From Octopus sinensis (Eukaryota): a stretch of DNA of 64,000 nt. The notes under the pieces were generated by a model. It did no database searches. It was not told where the DNA came from and worked only from the letters and a program-made list of their open reading frames with translations. The translations under genes were made by a program, and so were the position numbers. Below are positions 40,880 through 50,904 of the stretch, piece after piece (the stretch's first letter is position 1; every line of letters begins with the position of its first letter). The DNA lies in the NCBI RefSeq assembly GCF_006345805.1, contig NW_021833052.1, positions 22,449 to 86,448 on the forward strand. Direction: 5' to 3'.

Positions 40880-41620
40880 TCATTTTGATCCAAATTTCCA
40901 AAATACCTTCAGTTTCATTTTTTCTCGGCTTTTGTTTGATAGCTAGTTACACATCTGTTCATTGCCATTCTGTTTTCGCCCAATATATAGACAGTTAAAA
41001 TTTTCCTGCCATATTAAAAATAGTAAAGGATATAATCACAGAAAATATTTTCAACTGATTTTCTTTGAAGATTATAAAGCGTTTTAACGCCTTTTCCATT
41101 TCTGCTGAATTTGACACTTTCGGTAGCCGTGAAGAAATTAAATCTTCGTTCAGCCTTAGGAAAGCCAAATCGACATTTTTTGACCATATTTTTTTTTTTC
41201 TTCTTCAATAAATTCTCCAGCACGTTTCGTTGCGTGAATGCATTAAAAAACGACGGATCAAATTGTAAAGAATGAGACTAGATACTAAAAATGGCAATTT
41301 GCTGGTAATATAGTGTTCTATAAATTTTCGATTTTTTTCTGGAAAATCTTTGTCATAAATACGTGCTTGATGCTCCCAGATTTTCATATGAATATGGGGA
41401 GCCCCTCGTTGTTGATTGCCTTTTCTCCAAAAATATTGTGAGACGTTGCCAAAATCGTATTGTTCTTGCCAAAAACACTTTATTCATTATAACTTGTAAT
41501 CTGTGATGAAAAAGTTCACTAACACCAACGGCATCATTTACGCACAAAGTGCTTGTTTTCACAGCTGGATTATATCTATTTTTTATAAACAAACTTTGAA
41601 ACGCCGAATGTGTTGGTATT
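40880..41620 (-). pseudogene. Helentron/Helitron2 Rep (HUH) domain fossil
   Basis: Frameshifted minus-strand translation: LCVNDAVGVSELFHHRL; FGNVSQYFWRKGNQQRGAPHIHMKIW (HUH motif 2); KKCRFGFPK; IWQEN; RCVTSYQTKAEK (motif 3, YxxxY-TK-like). Confidence 0.85.
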
Positions 41621-42424
41621 TTACAGAAAATGAAGGAAATCTCGAACGCAGATTAGCTGTGGAAACAGCTTATAAGATCGTGTAAAAATTCTTCAATGAA
41701 GGAAATAAAATGGCCAGCAACCCGCTACAGACATTCGAACCATGTCCTCTCAAATTCAGGTTGAGACCTATATAGCATTAAACTGGGCGACCCCTAACGA
41801 CAGATACCGACTTTTACACGGCTAAATATCTTAAAATGAGGAAAACTACTTTGACTTGTTCACTAGTTTACGTCACTTACATCGATACCACTTTTACATG
41901 GTTGATATATTTTGACGAGGTTTTCATCATATAATTCTTTTTATAAAGCTCTTTTATTTGAATAAAACTATTGTATAGTTTTCTTTGGCAATAGCTGAGA
42001 TATTTTGATTCCAATCAATTTGGGAGGTTATTCACCATTTTTTCGTTACTCAAAGTCACTGTTCTTTTTACGTAGCTAAAATTTTTATCGAGTTTTTCAT
42101 CAAAAGATTTTTCTCAATAAAAACGTGCTTTTAAATCAAATTATTTTTTGATTTTCTTTTAACATAACTGAGATATTTAAATTTAAAGTCAATTTTTGGC
42201 CTTACGCTCCCATTCCTCATCTCACACATTTCGGCCTAACGTTTTTAGTAATGAACCAAATTTCAATTATTTTATTTTAGAATATAGGTTAGGCCAGGAA
42301 CATAATTGCTACAAAAATCGCATTCAGTTTAGTTGAGAATGATGCAGCCTGGGAGTGCTCACGAGTGACTAAAAGTTGGCCTAAAAAATATATGAACCCA
42401 CTGCCGTGGGTGAATATTTATAAG

Positions 42425-42504
42425 TGAATTTGTGTGTGTGCGTGTGTGCTTACATATATATATATATATATATAATATATATATATATGTGTGTGTGTGT
42501 GTGC

Positions 42505-42535
<31 letters not shown>

Positions 42536-42539
42536 CATA

Positions 42540-42582
<43 letters not shown>

Positions 42583-42595
42583 ATATATATAATAT

Positions 42596-42680
<85 letters not shown>
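42425..42680. repeat. (TA)n/(TG)n compound microsatellite
   Basis: Direct reading. Confidence 0.95.
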
Positions 42681-42684
<4 letters not shown>

Positions 42685-42744
42685 CGAATACAGGTGGTGT
42701 ACAAAACAAACAGATGTATTAGTATAACGCTCAGGAATAGAAGA

Positions 42745-42785
42745 AGTCTTTTACGTTTCGAGTCTAAGCTCTTCTTCAGAAAGGG
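42745..42785 (-). ncRNA. Minimal type-I hammerhead-like motif (PLE-type, dimer-dependent), copy A
   Basis: RNA: CUUU-CUGAAGA-A-GAG(CUUAGA)CUC-GAAA-CG-UA-AAAG. Intact core, 4-bp stem I, ACGU palindrome in place of stem III. Lies in a ~165-bp repeat (42680-42845). Confidence 0.7.
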
Positions 42786-43079
42786 ACACAGAAAAAACAA
42801 GGAGAGAAACAGGGAGAGAAAAAAGGAGAGAAAAAAAGAGAGGCCCATGTGAGCGGAAAACGCCCTGGGGCCGTATAAAGCCTCGTGAATTGATTTGGTT
42901 GGCTGAAATTAATAAAAACCATTCGTGAATACATGTGTGTGTGTGTGTGTGTCTTCTGTTTGTGTTGTAAATGATCCTCTCCACCGCGTGACAACTTGTG
43001 TTAGTTTGTTTACATTTCCGTCAAATAGCCGTTCAGCAAAAGAGAATGGCGGACTAAATACCAAGCATTAACACAAAAT

Positions 43080-43180
43080 TTATCAATAAGTAAAGATTAT
43101 TACAATAAAGTAAAGATTATTACAATAAAGTAAAGATTATTACAATAAAGTAAAGATTATTTACAATAAGTAAAGATTAT
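43080..43180. repeat. ~20-bp tandem repeat (AATAAAGTAAAGATTATTAC) x~5
   Basis: Direct reading. Confidence 0.85.
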
Positions 43181-43274
43181 AAAACATTTTTTTTTCCGAA
43201 TTTGCATAAAAAATCGTATTACGCCCTTTGGCAGCTTGGCTTGATTTGGGCGAGCTTGGCTTGATTTGGGCTTA

Positions 43275-43460
43275 ATAACCGATGCTGGTGTGTTTATGTC
43301 CCGGTAACTTAGCGGTTCGGCAAAACTGACCGATAGAATAAGTACTAGGCTTACAAAGAATAACTCCTGGAGTCGATTTGCTCGACTAAAGGCGGTGCTC
43401 CAGCATGGCCACAGTCACATGACTGAAACAAGTAAACGAGTAAAAGAGAGTAAAGAGTAA
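43275..43460 (+). mobile_element. 3' half of an OK-like SINE
   Basis: AACCGATGCTGGTGTGTTTA through GACTGAAACAAGTAAAC. Confidence 0.8.
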
Positions 43461-43544
43461 TTATTTTTAAAAACCTTTGCATGCAAGCAAGGCGGTCAAA
43501 AGCGTATTTAAAAAGTAAATCTCTTTAAACTGGAAATATTCTGT

Positions 43545-43730
43545 TCTACTCAAGGTCCGAAATTTGGGGTGAGGGAATCAGATCGACCCCAGTGGTACTT
43601 AGTTTATCGACACCGAAAGGATGATAGACAAAGTCGACCTCGGCGGAATTTGAACTCAGAAGGTAAAAAGAGACGAAATACTGTTAAGCATTTCGCCCGG
43701 CGTGCTAACGATTCTGTCAGCTCGCCACCT
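43545..43730 (-). mobile_element. GGCGAGCTGGCAG-head SINE
   Basis: AAAGTCGACCTCGGCGGAATTTGAACTCAGAA..GTGCTAACGATTCTGTCAGCTCGCC. Confidence 0.8.
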
Positions 43731-43781
43731 TGGAAATATGAAATATTACAAATGTTATAGATACTGTAGGTCTGTAAAATG

Positions 43782-44040
43782 TGGAGGCGCGTGGCTTAGT
43801 GGTTAGGGTGTCAGCATCATGATCGTAAGATTGTGGTTTCGATTCCTTGACCGGGCGACGCGTTGTGTTCTTGAGTAAAACACTTCATTTCACGTTGCTC
43901 CAGTCCACTCAGCTGACAAAAATGAGTAACGGTGCGATGGACTGGCGTCCCGTCCAGCTGGGGAACACATACGCCATAGAAACCGGGAAACCGGGCCCAT
44001 GAGCCTGGCTAGGCTTTAAAAGGTCGCATTTATTTATTTA
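43782..44040 (+). mobile_element. tRNA-derived SINE (OR2-like) with CORE-like centre
   Basis: GTGGAGGCGCGTGGCTTAGTGGTTAGGG head, GTGTTCTTGAGTAAAACACTTCATTTCAC centre, GAAACCGGGAAACCGGGCCCATGAGCCTGG tail and (ATTT)n end. Confidence 0.75.
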
Positions 44041-44765
44041 GGTCTGTAAAATAAAGTTTACAAATGAGTTTGGTTCAGCTTATTTATAAGCACTGGAGTC
44101 GATTTCTTCGACTAAAACCTTTGAAAGGGATACCCTTGCATGGTCACAGTCCAATGACTGAAACGAGCGAAAGACAAAGATTTTTATCATCATCATGAAC
44201 ATCATCACCATCATCATCACCGCCACCACTACCACTATCACCACCAACACCACTACTACTACTACTATCAACATTTTCATCATCATCATCTTTATCCTTA
44301 CTGTTCTTATTGGATTACATGCACCCTACTCTTTGGAAAATCATTCTGCTGCTAATCGTTTTTGTGGTATAATTTACTCTTACGGATTTTTTTTTATACT
44401 GAATCGATAATAAATTTATCAAAATCTGCTTCGGAAAAAAATGAATAAAGCAAAAAGATAAATAATGCAAAAAATAAATAAAGTCAAAAAAAGTAATAAA
44501 CGGCTTCCAGTAATTAACCTTCGTGCTTAACCTAGATCTGCATTTTGCCATAGATCCTCCTTGGGTCTTTCAATGAAATATCTGTCAAGTAATTTGGATT
44601 GATTCAATCAACTATACGCAACTTCGAAATTCAAAGATGTCGTATCAGTTTTAGACACCATATTTGTATTCTTTCCGTTCAAAATATTTCTGCTTTAAAA
44701 TTTTTGCGAAAAAAAAGGTTTTCCATCTCTCCCTTCCTTCCCGTATTTTCATAACTTATCCGTCT

Positions 44766-44803
<38 letters not shown>

Positions 44804-44859
44804 CTTAAACACACGTTTTTGAAACTTGCTCCCTTGGGTTTTTTTTTGAGACCTTGGAG

Positions 44860-45320
44860 CTAATAATGGAAAGATTATTAATATCATCCTCGCTGCCACC
44901 ACCACCACCATCATCATCACCATCATCAGTATCAGCATCATCATCATCATCATTATCATATCATCATCCTCACCACCAATACCATTTTTTCTTCTTCCCT
45001 TTTTCCTTCCACTTCTTCTTCTTGTTCTTCTTCCTTTTCTTCTTGTATTTCCTTTTCTTCTATTTCATCTACTTCTTTTTTTTCTTCTCCTTCCTCTTCT
45101 TCTTCCTCCTCTCCCTCCGATTTCTTCTTTTCCTCTTCTTCTTCTTCTTCTTCCTTTTCTTCTTCCTCCTCCTCCTCCTCCTCCTTCCTCTTCTACTTCG
45201 TTTCTTCTTCTTCCTCCTGCTCCTCCTTTTTCTTCTTTCTTTACTTCTCCCTTTTCTTCTTCCTTTACTACTTTTTTACGTTTCTTCTTCATCTTCCTCC
45301 TCCTTCACCTCCTTCTTCTG
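44860..45320. repeat. (CAT)n/(CTT)n/(CCT)n low-complexity tract
   Basis: Direct reading. Confidence 0.9.
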
Positions 45321-45854
45321 GCTTAAATAAAAGTACGCGCCAAGAACTGGGAATAGATACAATCAACATGTCCCCTTTGCCTCAAAACTGCTGGCCTTAC
45401 GCCAACATTAGAATTATTATTTCCATTCTTGTTATTATTGAAAGATGCTATATTTGTTGAGGCTGACTCTTGAAGAGAGGAATGGTCGAATCCATAAAGT
45501 GCCTGGCTAAATGCCTTGGTGTAATTAGTCACAGACCCTTATGTTCCAATGTGTTGTGAATTTGGAGTATTCTGAGATTGAACAAAATATATACCATTAA
45601 ACCCTGGGATTAATTTAATAGAAAATGTCCCGCAAATAAAACCCAAAAGACGTAAATGGACACGTGAGGAATACATTTCTATCTTACACGCATACTTCAC
45701 AGCAGTACTCTACCCAAAAAATGAAAATACAACAACACATACATATAAAATGCACTACTAGGCACTGCACACATCCTACGCAGAACACTTTCCATACAAT
45801 AACCATCAGAGCATCACAACAAATCACAGCACATACCCAAGGCACACAGAGCTG

Positions 45855-45902
45855 CGCTCGGTAGTGAAGTGAAAGCACGCTATAAAAATAAAAATAAAAC
45901 TA

Positions 45903-45979
<77 letters not shown>

Positions 45980-45999
45980 TAATAATAATAATGACAATG

Positions 46000-46032
<33 letters not shown>

Positions 46033-46060
46033 TAATTATAATGATAATAATAATAATGCG
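45855..46060 (+). mobile_element. Extreme 3' end of a TAA-tailed LINE plus long (AAT)n
   Basis: GCTCGGTAGTGAAGTGAAAGCACGCTATAAAAATAAAA..CTACTG-(AAT)n. The same end occurs inverted at ~62465-62515. Confidence 0.6.
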
Positions 46061-46062
46061 CT

Positions 46063-46556
46063 CATGCAATACCGGACATACCAGGTATAAAAGATGGGCT
46101 ACAGCAAATATTTTGCTGAATAGCACAGATTTGCTTGTCAATTGTTTGACCTTAACCAGTTGAGCCTGTCTCTTAGTGGCTGACGATATGTGCATCCTTG
46201 ACCACGAGCAGAAGTCGTGGGGGAGCATCATAGCCGTGTGTTGAAAGGAATTCTTGGAAGTTTGGATAATTCACCATTGGAAACATGGGTGATTCGTTCG
46301 ACATCCTTAAACAATCTTTATTCAGGGACCATTTGAACTGGATGGGCTACTTGACCTGAAGAAAATTCTAACTGGGCCCTACCTTTAAGGTCATAAGCTG
46401 TTTTTCTTGATATGAGATCATCATCTCGCACACATATGGTTGTGATGCATGTGCCTGGTGTACCCTTATCAGACGGGTAATCATGATGGATATACTGGAC
46501 TTCGGATATTTTACCCCAGTGTCACTTTGATGGCATGCACTGCTCTCTCACTCAAT
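46063..46556 (+). mobile_element. TAA-tailed retroposon copy (5'-truncated) inserted in (AAT)n
   Basis: Same family as 28790, ending GCACTGCTCTCTCACTCAATAATAAT. Confidence 0.8.
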
Positions 46557-46570
46557 AATAATAGTAATAT

Positions 46571-46951
46571 GATCCGTCATATCCGTTTGATTCCTGGATC
46601 GTAATGAAAGAACACGGTAAACAAAAAAATACAATCCTTTATATTTGGAATTGCAAGAACTTAGAGTAGGAAAACTGTATGTATAATAATTGGTGCATTG
46701 GGAACAGTAAGCAAGGATGTAGACAAATGGTTGAAGAAGATTGCTATAGAATATTCTGTAGAGCTTCAACAGAAAGTTTTCCTGAGGGACATGAAAGATT
46801 ATCAGGAGGGTTCTAAATTCTTGAAAGACTATTGAAAGCGTGTAGATACCTAAGGTTATAGGTAGTAACCGCTATTCACAGAAACCCTACCAGAATTAAG
46901 ACCGAACCTGAATCAAATTAATGATGATGATGATAATAATAATAATAATAA
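46571..46951 (+). pseudogene. R4/Dong-clade LINE 3' remnant: restriction-like endonuclease C-terminus, 3' UTR and (AAT)n tail
   Basis: Translation DPSYPFDSWIVMKEHGKQKKYNPLYLELQEL..IIGALGTVSK..LQQKVFL..KIIRRVLNS* fits the RLE pattern D(V)AVP.D..I..KE.EKI.KY..L..E......IGALG......LQK....T.RILR.VL. Confidence 0.75.
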
Positions 46952-47073
46952 TCTGTTTCTTTACTACCCACAAGGGGCTAAACACAGAGAAGACAAACAA
47001 GGACAGACAAACATTCCTAATTTTCCACCGTCTCAGTTACAAAATACGAAATTTTCATTACTTTGACAAAATG

Positions 47074-47141
<68 letters not shown>

Positions 47142-47359
47142 TAAGCAAAAAGAAAATAAAACAATTAACAATTGATAGGAAAAATCGAAATCGATATTTT
47201 ATTAATTAAAACAAGGTTTTCTACTTACTCTTAATTAAAATTATTTGCCAATACTTAAATCACCGCCACCGAATACTGAAGAGTAGACTCCACTGAGTCG
47301 TAAACATGCATCAGACATTGATATTTGAACTGTGACGTATTTTGATGAGTTGCAGTAGC

Positions 47360-47362
47360 TAG

Positions 47363-47458
<96 letters not shown>

Positions 47459-47467
47459 GGATAGATG

Positions 47468-47558
<91 letters not shown>

Positions 47559-47560
47559 GG
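47360..47560. repeat. (GATA)n microsatellite; a second GATA/GACA tract lies at 47720-47930
   Basis: Direct reading. Confidence 0.95.
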
Positions 47561-47644
47561 AGAGTTTACGAAAAAAACAAAAGACGAAGACAGGTGGTGT
47601 ACAAAACAAACAGATGTATTAGTATAACGCTCAGGAATAGAAAA

Positions 47645-47685
47645 AGTATTTTACGTTTCGAGCCTACGCTCTTCTACAGAAAGGG
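47645..47685 (-). ncRNA. Minimal hammerhead-like motif, copy B (core variant CUGUAGA)
   Basis: UUU-CUGUAGA-A-GAGC(GUAG)GCUC-GAAA-CG-UA-AAA. Host repeat 47560-47720 is nearly identical to 42680-42845. Confidence 0.55.
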
Positions 47686-47720
47686 ACACAGAAAAAACGT
47701 GACTAACGATCTATCATGGC

Positions 47721-47792
<72 letters not shown>

Positions 47793-47871
47793 TAAAGTGA
47801 CAGAGAGACAGACAGACAAACAGATACAATACACAGACAGACACACACACAGACAGACATACAGACAGACT

Positions 47872-47925
<54 letters not shown>

Positions 47926-48315
47926 TACAATATACAGACAGATAATATTGTTTGAAATTCTCCCTCTATATAGGAAGGTAGTGTGAAAAATTATATGTAT
48001 ATTATCAACTATAAATGGTCATAGATGTATGTGTGTGTATTTGTGCGTGAATGTACCTGTATGCGTATATATATATATGTGTGTGTGTGTCTGGGAAAGA
48101 GGAGGCGCTTGTAGTCTGATGGAAATGACGTGCGCGAAAGATGCAAGTTGTATACGGGTAGGGCTGTCAGGTGGTGTGTATACTCCCACATGTGGAGATA
48201 TCCAGTGTGCGTGTGAATGTGAACATATTCAATAAAGTTCAAATGGACACGTACACACAAGCTTGAAAATACACCAACACAAACACACACACATGTGCGC
48301 GCGCCCTCATATCTA

Positions 48316-48906
48316 TAATTTATTTTATTTTACTAAGCCCTAATTATATAATGTAATATTTTGAATTCGCCTTAAATGGTCCTTTTACATACTGAACACT
48401 TGATGAAATTGATTAATTAATTTTACCCTCAATTGTTGATATTATAATTCATTTCTCTCTGTCATACTGCCTCGGTTCTCGCGGTTAAAATATAATGTTT
48501 GCTAGATAGACCACGTGGGTGGCAAAGGAGTGCAGAGATTTACGCCTGCGCATTTTGAATTTGTTAGCACTGTCAGTCGGAGCTGGTTCATTTGAAGCGA
48601 CAAGTTCGCAGATAGGTAAGGTTCCTTCTTTTTAGTGTTTCCAAATCCAAATTAAGAAATTTTGAGCTGACGAAAGAAATGCTGATTTTACTTGGCTAAT
48701 CTTGAAACGTTAACGTACTCAAACGATCTATGTACTTGTGATATTTTTCTGTATTTACCTCCAAACCTTCGTGAGCTGTCTGGAGTAAACATTATCTGAG
48801 AGAAATTTTCTTTAAGTAGTAGAAACGGCTAAAACATTTCTTTTTGGCTGCTATTTCTACTAAGTTCAGTATGTGGCAAAGTAATTTATTTTATTTTACT
48901 AAGCCC

Positions 48907-48916
<10 letters not shown>
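48316..48916 (+). mobile_element. 566-nt hammerhead-bearing unit with 35-nt terminal direct repeat (retrozyme-like or Penelope pLTR-like)
   Basis: TAATTTATTTTATTTTACTAAGCCCTAATTATATA is identical at 48316-48350 and 48882-48916. Internal complete hammerhead. Donor-like AG|GTAAGG at 48615/48616. No ORF. Relatives at 13081-13375 and 55020-55500. Confidence 0.7.
48661..48723 (+). ncRNA. Complete type-I hammerhead ribozyme motif
   Basis: Stem I UUUGAG/CUCAAA (6 bp); core CUGACGA (48667-48673); stem II AAGA..GCUGA..UUGGC..UCUU; GAAA (48704-48707); stem III in the 10-nt palindrome ACGUUAACGU; cleavage triplet GUA, predicted cut after 48717. Confidence 0.85.
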
Positions 48917-48943
<27 letters not shown>

Positions 48944-49243
48944 TTATTTATTTATAGGTGTTATGTATATATGCATGTATGTTTATATTTGCATACATAT
49001 ATCTATACACACACGCATATATATATATATATATATATACACATCTATATATATTCATATACATATATCTATATCTATCTATATATATACATATGTATAT
49101 ATATTTACATATCCGCATATACATACCCATAATGCATATATATATATATAAAGTTAATCCAAACAAGAAAACAAAAACAACAACGCAAGGACGTGGAACA
49201 AATAAAGTATTATTGGACGCTCAGGAAAGAAGGGATGAAGGAG

Positions 49244-49280
49244 GGTTTGACGTTTCGAGCGGAGCTCTTCGTCGGAAACA
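49244..49280 (-). ncRNA. Minimal hammerhead-like motif, copy D (core variant CCGACGA)
   Basis: GUUU-CCGACGA-A-GAGC(UCC)GCUC-GAAA-CG-UC-AAAC. Stem I GUUU/AAAC is a compensatory change relative to CUUU/AAAG in copies A and C. Host repeat 49155-49335. Confidence 0.6.
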
Positions 49281-49350
49281 TAGGAGAAGGAAAGATCCCG
49301 AGAAGGGAAGACAGGGGAAGAAAATCGCTAGTAATACAGACGAGATCACA

Positions 49351-49398
<48 letters not shown>

Positions 49399-49689
49399 GC
49401 TTGTTCGTGTGTATTTTCCATTATCTCAGGAGCTGTAAAACGCATTTAATGAAGTAATTAACAGCTACGTCGTTAAGACATACTTGTTGTCACAGCATAA
49501 CTTTATTTCACAAAAATGTGCAGTCTTATGTTGAAACTCATACTTGAATCGATGGTTTATTTGGTTTAAGGCACCCACATCCGCGATCAAACACACACAA
49601 ACAAACCATACACGCATACATCTACACGGGTACAAGCAGACAGACTCAAACACACATAAGTACCAAAACATATCTTTAACAGTCAATCT

Positions 49690-49720
49690 ATCTGTGTCTG
49701 TCTATCTATCTATCTGTCTG

Positions 49721-49764
<44 letters not shown>

Positions 49765-49987
49765 ACAATCCCTATTGATCAATTTTTTCCTCACTCCCCT
49801 TTTTTTTCCTCACCTCCCCCATTTTTTTAAAATTTTATTTTATCCCCCCCTTTTTTGTCCTCTTTCTTTCCATTTACGATCCCTTTTGATCGAAAACCAA
49901 ATCCCCTTCTTTTACCCCCAAAAGAAAAGCTCTACCTCGTAATTTTGTCCTGTCTGTGTGCAGCCCTGTGTGGCTAATAAAGAAACA

Positions 49988-50039
<52 letters not shown>

Positions 50040-50040
50040 A

Positions 50041-50076
<36 letters not shown>

Positions 50077-50330
50077 GTCTGTCTGTCTGTTTGTCTGCCT
50101 ATCTACCTATCTGTCTGTCTATCTATCTACCAACCTATCTATATGTCTGTCTGTCTTTCTATCTTTCTAGCTATCTGTCTATCTATCTGTCTGTCTATCT
50201 ATCTATCTAGAAATCTGTGTGTCTATCTATTTATTTATCTCTCTATCTATATATCTATCTATGTGCCTATCTATATATCTAGTTATCTATGTGTCTATAG
50301 CTAGCTATGTAATCGATCATCTATTTATTA
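49690..50330 (+). mobile_element. Tx1-like LINE 3' UTR (49760-49990) embedded in (TATC)n/(TGTC)n
   Basis: Ends GTGCAGCCCTGTGTGGCTAATAAAGAAACA then (TATC)n, resembling the tail at 31900-31930. TATC repeats on both sides. Confidence 0.5.
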
Positions 50331-50360
50331 ACACATATACATATATATATATATATACAT

Positions 50361-50700
50361 ACATACACATGTTTATATATCTATACTTGTGTATCTGTGA
50401 ATGTGTGTGCATGTATGTGTTTGCATATATGTGCGTGTGCACATACATATAACACATATGCACACGTATGCATAAATATATTGATGTCTCTGTGTATACA
50501 TATATACATATATATATATATACATACATACACATGTTTATATATCTATACTTGTGTATCTGCGAATGTGTGTGCATGTATGTGTTTGCATATATGTGCG
50601 TGTGCACATACATATAACACATATGCACACGTATGCATAAATATATTGATGTCTCTGTGTATACATATATACATATATATATATATATATGTATATATAT
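50361..50700. repeat. ~165-bp tandem duplication within TA/CA low-complexity DNA
   Basis: ACATACACATGTTTATATATCTATACTTGTG.. starts at 50361 and again at 50526. Confidence 0.85.
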
Positions 50701-50904
50701 GTATATATATATATATATATATACATACATATACTAGACGAATACGCATACACAGAATTATATGCATATACAGAGACCTCAAACAAACACATTCACACGC
50801 GCGCATGCGCACGCTAATAGACCGCCGCACGCGCGCGCACGCACACGCACACACACACACACACACGAGCACATACACGTATTAACTGACATTAATATTT
50901 AATA

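Noticed and set aside
45323-45532. 69-aa minus-strand ORF with protein-like composition
   Set aside because: GTG start right after an in-frame stop, poor acceptor and donor, and no recognisable homology; cannot be supported without RNA data.
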